Below, one piece after another: positions 59,330 to 64,000 of a stretch of 64,000 bases of DNA (position 1 is the stretch's first letter; each line of letters opens with the position of its first letter). The notes below the pieces were generated by a model. The model had not been told where the DNA came from. It did not search any database and saw only the letters and a list, made by a program, of their open reading frames with translations. The stretch lies in the NCBI RefSeq assembly GCF_036365525.1, contig NC_090385.1, positions 63,653,618 to 63,717,617 of the forward strand, written 5' to 3'. The position numbers and the translations under genes are program-made. This DNA is from Heterodontus francisci. Its lineage: Eukaryota.

Positions 59330-60680
59330 TCAAGGCTGAAAGCGAAGACAAAAACAGAACTCCTCTACGTTGATGCTTTATTTTTATTTTTTAAAATTTT
59401 ATTTAGAGATACAGCATTGAAACAGGCCCTTCAGCCCACCAAGTCTGTGCCGACCAATAACCACCCATTTATAAACCCTACAGTAATCCCCTATTCCCTA
59501 TCACTTCCCTACACTAGGGGCAATTTACAATGGCCAATTTACCTATCACCTGCAAGTCTTTGGATGTGGGAGGAAACCGGAGCACCCGGCGAAAACCCAC
59601 GCAGACACCGGGAGAACTTGCAAACTCCGCACAGGCAGTACCCAGAATCGAACCCGGGTCCCTGGAGCTGTGAGGCTGCGGTGCTAACCACTGCGCCACT
59701 GTGCCGCCCTGCTGTGCTAATTGCCCACACAGAAACTCAGCTACATAGACTCGTGGACCGTCTCTCCCATGCCTGTAACTTGTTCTTCTTGACTATAAGC
59801 GTCAAGAAAACCATGGTCATGGAATAAGTTGTTGCACCTCCACCCCGATCACACTAAATACCACCCCATTGGAAGTGATTAGCAAATTCTGCTACCTTGG
59901 GTCCACGGTGACCAACAATCTGTCCCTTGATGCAGAACTTGATACACACATGGGAAAGCAGCTACCACCTTTGGCCGACTTGCAAAACGCCCAACGGAAA
60001 ACAACAAGCTGACCCTTAGGATCAAGCTGGTGGTTTATAAGGCCTGTGTTTTCAGCACTTTGCTGTATGGCTGTGAAACATGGGCAACTTACGGCTACCA
60101 GGGCAAGAAGCTCAATAATTTTCAACTTTGCTGTCTGCGACATATAATGGGTATATCCTGGCAGGACAAAATCACAAATGCGGTAGTCCTTTCAAAGGAA
60201 GAGCTCCCAAGTGTGTTGGCACTAATCAAACAGAAGCGGCTTTGGTGGATCAGACACGTCTGCGGGATGGAAGATGGTCACGTACCCAAGGACCTGTAGT
60301 ATGGAGAGGTAGCTAGAGCCAGACAACCAGTGGGGCACCCAAAGGTCTGCTTCATGGATGCTTTCAAGCATGATTTGAAGGCCCAAAATGTTGACTATCG
60401 CACCTGGGAGTCACTAGCTGTCGATAGAGTAAAACGGCGACACATCCTGTGGGCTGTTGTACAGTACCATGATGACCAGTGGCTACAGCAGCTTGTCAAC
60501 AGGTGTCAACGTCAAAAACAAGAACTTGCAGCTTCACATGCAGCACTTGTGGCAGAATCTGCTTCTCAGGGATTGGCCTTCACAGCCATCAGCAAAGTGC
60601 ACCAAGAGAAGACATCCCATCTAAATGGATTGTTTGTTGTATGTTTATCATCTTCCGTAGATGGAAGGATGCCAACCAGA
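59330..60680 (+). mobile_element. Older RTE LINE fragment, same subfamily as 34920-36218
   Basis: RLKAKTK, ELLYVD, SKFCYLGS, VYKACVFSTLLYGCETW; same 3' end gatggaaggatgccaacc. Confidence 0.85.
59378..59709 (-). mobile_element. tRNA-derived V-SINE inserted in RTE
   Basis: Reverse complement of the 13640 family with an A-rich tail. Confidence 0.88.
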
Positions 60681-61869
60681 ATAATTCATTTTGGGTGTTT
60701 TGTATCAACCTCTCAGCAGATGGCTAACAGTCACACTGACAGGAATATGTGAACAGGTTGTTGCTCACTCTCATTGGGGGCTTCACACAGGAGGCGTATA
60801 GAGGGTGAGAAAATAAGAACAGGGATAGGGGAATAGAAGAAAATGAAATAAATATCACAATGATTTTCTGGGGTTGAGGTTGGTAAAATATTCAGGAACC
60901 ATGCCATAGTAACTCTGCAAAAGCACTGTGATTATTGATTTTTGGGATAATGCGTTTTTCAAATGGTACTCTTATTGTCAAGAATTATTATCGTTCAGTG
61001 TGACTAGACTGTATAATCCAGAGTGGCAGCTAATTTGGATTGTCCCCAAAATCAATCACATCAGAGAGACATAGAATCAATAGGATTATTTGTTTACGTT
61101 AGAAAAGCAGGCAGCTAATGGTCATTTCAAGTCACTTTTTCTTTCCTTCTAAACTACCTCCTACGCTACTTTGTAAAAGACACTAGGAGGTGTTTGTACC
61201 AGTGATTCTGGACATGCCACCAACTGATTTATATATTTATTCCCACCGCTCCCTCCCTGTCTCTCCCCTGCCACCCCCAGTCACCCCTCCTCCTGTGGGA
61301 AAATGTACTGTGACCAGGTCCATAGGTTGTATAAAGTTTGATGTTAAATACAAGGCATATTAAGCTTGGCAACTAAAGTGAAGAAAACACTAAGTAAGGG
61401 ACTTCAAACTTAATTAGGTTTTTGGGCTACAAGATAAACTGATTGGATGGACATCCCTATTTATGTGCACCCAGAGACAAGTATAATGTGGGTATAAAGC
61501 AAATACTCGGCATAAAAGACCGAGGAAACTCAGGCGCAAGTACGTTATGCATGTAATTGCACTACACGTGAATTTTCTTTTTCTGTAATACCTGTCAATT
61601 GACCCTTGCCCCCAAAGGCATCTGGACTCGTTATAAAGTCTCTGCCTCAGGCTAAAGAGTTGTACATACAGATTTCCAGCCATTGCATTGTTTCAGAATG
61701 GGTGTAAAATACAGCACCAAATTATAGAGGCAGCAAGAAAGTGTGTTTTCTGGAGTTTTATTGCTTTTTTTTTGAGTATTTTGAAAAAGATTTATCTTCA
61801 CTGAGACCTATTTTCAGTTACTTTGAATGCATTTATATGGCACCAGTGTAAGTCACATTAAAGCATAAT

Positions 61870-62474
61870 TGGTGGAGTGAGTAAACATTTAAGATGGTGG
61901 ATGGGGTGCCAGTCAAGCTTCCACAGACTATGCCTTTTTTTGGTCTTAAAAAATAAAAAGTGTTGGTAAACCTCAGTGAGTAAAATTTAAAGTCTTTAAA
62001 CATGTGCTGTGCCTGATGAATGAATGATAGAGAGCAAGAAGGAGGAATACATGGTGTGAGTTTAGCATGCTCCGCATCCTGACAGTTTGCACTGATTTTT
62101 TTCTTGTTTACATTCCGGCATATGTTAATGTAATTGTCAGTGTGTAAATAGACATCCGAAAATTGGGTGCACGAATAGGTATAGTTTTGGGCATAACTTC
62201 TGGATACCATTCCCACAGGAAATTCCAGCTCATTGTGTTAGTTCAAGGGATAGCTCAGGATGTCAGTATAGCCTACTTTGGAAAAAGTGAGGAAACTTAG
62301 TATCACTTTTAATGTCCTTGTTCCAGATAACATTGGAAGACTAAAGTTATCATCTAGAGTTTGCTCACTGAGTTTTACCTACACTTTTTATTTTTTAAGA
62401 CCAAAAAAAGGGATAGTCTGTGGAAGCTTGATTGGCACCCCATCCACCATCTTAAATGTTTACTCACTCCACCA
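61870..62474. repeat. 115-bp inverted duplication with ~375-bp spacer
   Basis: 61870-61984 is the reverse complement of 62360-62474 with few mismatches. Confidence 0.9.
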
Positions 62475-63117
62475 TTGGCACACCACAGCTGCAGTGTGTG
62501 CCATCTACAAGGTGTGTCACAACAGCGCTCCAAGGTTAATTCAACAGTACCTTCCAGACCAACATATCCTCTCATTTATTTTTTGTAGCGTGCTGGCGAT
62601 TTGTTTGTGTGTGTGGGCCCTTTGAATTATTTTGTGCAGTAACTTAAAGGGACCAACTTGTGCGGAACATGCGTGAAAACATTTGTGTTGTTTAGTTTTG
62701 AGCTCAGAGGGAACATTGTTCCAAACCTGCAACCTCTATTGCCTAGACGAACAAGGCACCAGGCACGTGGTAACAGCGCCACGTGGAAGTTCCCATCCAA
62801 GTCAGACACCATCCTGACTTGATAATATACTGCCTGACATGATAATATACTGCCATTCCTTCATTATCTCTGGGTCAAAATCCTGGATCTCTCTTTCTAA
62901 CAGTACTGTGGGTGTACCTGCACCACACATGACTGCAGCGGCTCAAGAAATTGGATCACCACCATCTTCTCGAGGGCTATTATAGATGGGCGATAAATGC
63001 TGGCTTTGCCAGCGATGCCCACATCCCATGAATGAATTTTTCAAAAAGTTGGTTAATACTACTGTGAGAAAAGGCATCATGTTCTCATTATCTGCCTATC
63101 CCTGTTTTGTTTTGAAG

Positions 63118-63230
63118 AGATGAAGCATCTGGGTTTTGTTATCTGAATGATGCTGTGCTTGGCATTTTAAAACTGCGAACGAAGTTTGATCGAGTTTTAT
63201 ACATAGACTTGGATCTACACCACGGCGATG
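63118..63230 (+). CDS. HDAC8: Histone deacetylase 8, coding exon 5 (113 bp)
   Basis: ttttgaAG|...|GTAAG; [37 protein letters not shown](G), with SGFCY and the Zn-ligand motif DLHHGDG; in frame with exon 4. Confidence 0.97.
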
Positions 63231-63709
63231 GTAAGATTGAATTTTCCAATTCATCTTAATTACAATATCATGATAAAAGTTATAAAGGAATTTGAGAATC
63301 TCCTGCGACACTACTGCTGGTAAATTGAAGGATATTCTGTTTTATAAGGAGAGGAGCATTTTACTTGTCTGCTGCAAAACTGAAGCCATGTGTAATCCAG
63401 TGTGTTCTCTGGGGCTGCAGAATTTAATTCCTGTACCTTCCTGGGGTCAGTTAGAGGTTAATTGCTTTTCGGCAGATATTGAGGTGAATTAAAAGTCAGA
63501 ACAAAGTGGCAGGAAATGACTGACTTGCAAGTATGACAAGTGTGATACCTGACACAAGACAGATACATCTCAAACTTCTTTCTATATCTAATATTATATC
63601 TTCTATATGCACAAACTTCCTGTCTGCAAAACCTGAGTTCCTCTTGTTTTGTTCTTATCACACATTCTGCATCAAATTTTTCCCATTATAAATTTCTACA
63701 TTAACTATT

Positions 63710-64000
63710 AGAAATGCGAAGTGATTCATTTTGATAGGAAGAAATGGAGAGACAATATAACATAAAGGGTACAACTCGAAAGGGGTAGTATGAACAGAGG
63801 GACCTGGGGGTATATGTGCATAAATCATTGAAGGTGGCAGGACAGGTTGAGAAAGCAGTTAATAAAGCATACAGTATCCTAGGCTTTATTAATAGGGGCA
63901 TAGTGTACAAGAGTGAGGAGGTTACATTAAACTCGTATGAGACACTACTACAGCCTCAGCTGGAGTATTGCATCCAGTTCTGGGCATCACACTTTAGGAA
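63710..64000 (+). mobile_element. CR1 ORF2 3' fragment running off the window end
   Basis: EQRDLGVYVHKSLKVAGQVEKAVNKAYSILGFINRGI...LEYCIQFW. Confidence 0.85.

Noticed and set aside
62813-62854. 20-bp tandem duplication cctgacwtgataatatactg
   Set aside because: Ordinary slippage within a LINE 3' fragment.

Overview
Eukaryotic, TE-dense vertebrate DNA. The SINE/LINE repertoire (V-SINE/HE1-like, DeuSINE, CR1, L2, RTE, Penelope) points to a cartilaginous fish, probably a shark. The only host gene seen is HDAC8 on the + strand: four short exons missed by the ORF track (5475-5527, 22961-23091, 37210-37351, 63118-63230; 53/131/142/113 bp, matching human exons 2-5 as I recall them) with AG/GT boundaries and intact catalytic motifs. 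The introns hold: a Penelope-like remnant with inverted pseudo-LTRs carrying minimal hammerhead ribozyme motifs; a decayed Gmr1-type Gypsy element (PR-INT-RT-RH order, SCAN-like Gag, tRNA-Pro PBS) nested in a CR1; a solo LTR; a 5.1-kb two-gene PIF/Harbinger transposon plus a MITE; several hAT MITEs with 8-bp TSDs; three near-identical young RTE LINEs; an older RTE with a twin-priming-like 5' inversion; a CR1 whose ORF2 is open except for a SINE insertion; an L2; a 1.5-kb CT-rich minisatellite; and several foldback structures. I found no clearly new biological system. The best leads are the hammerhead motifs, the Gmr1/SCAN-like element, the inverted RTE and the young RTE family. All alignments were done by eye.
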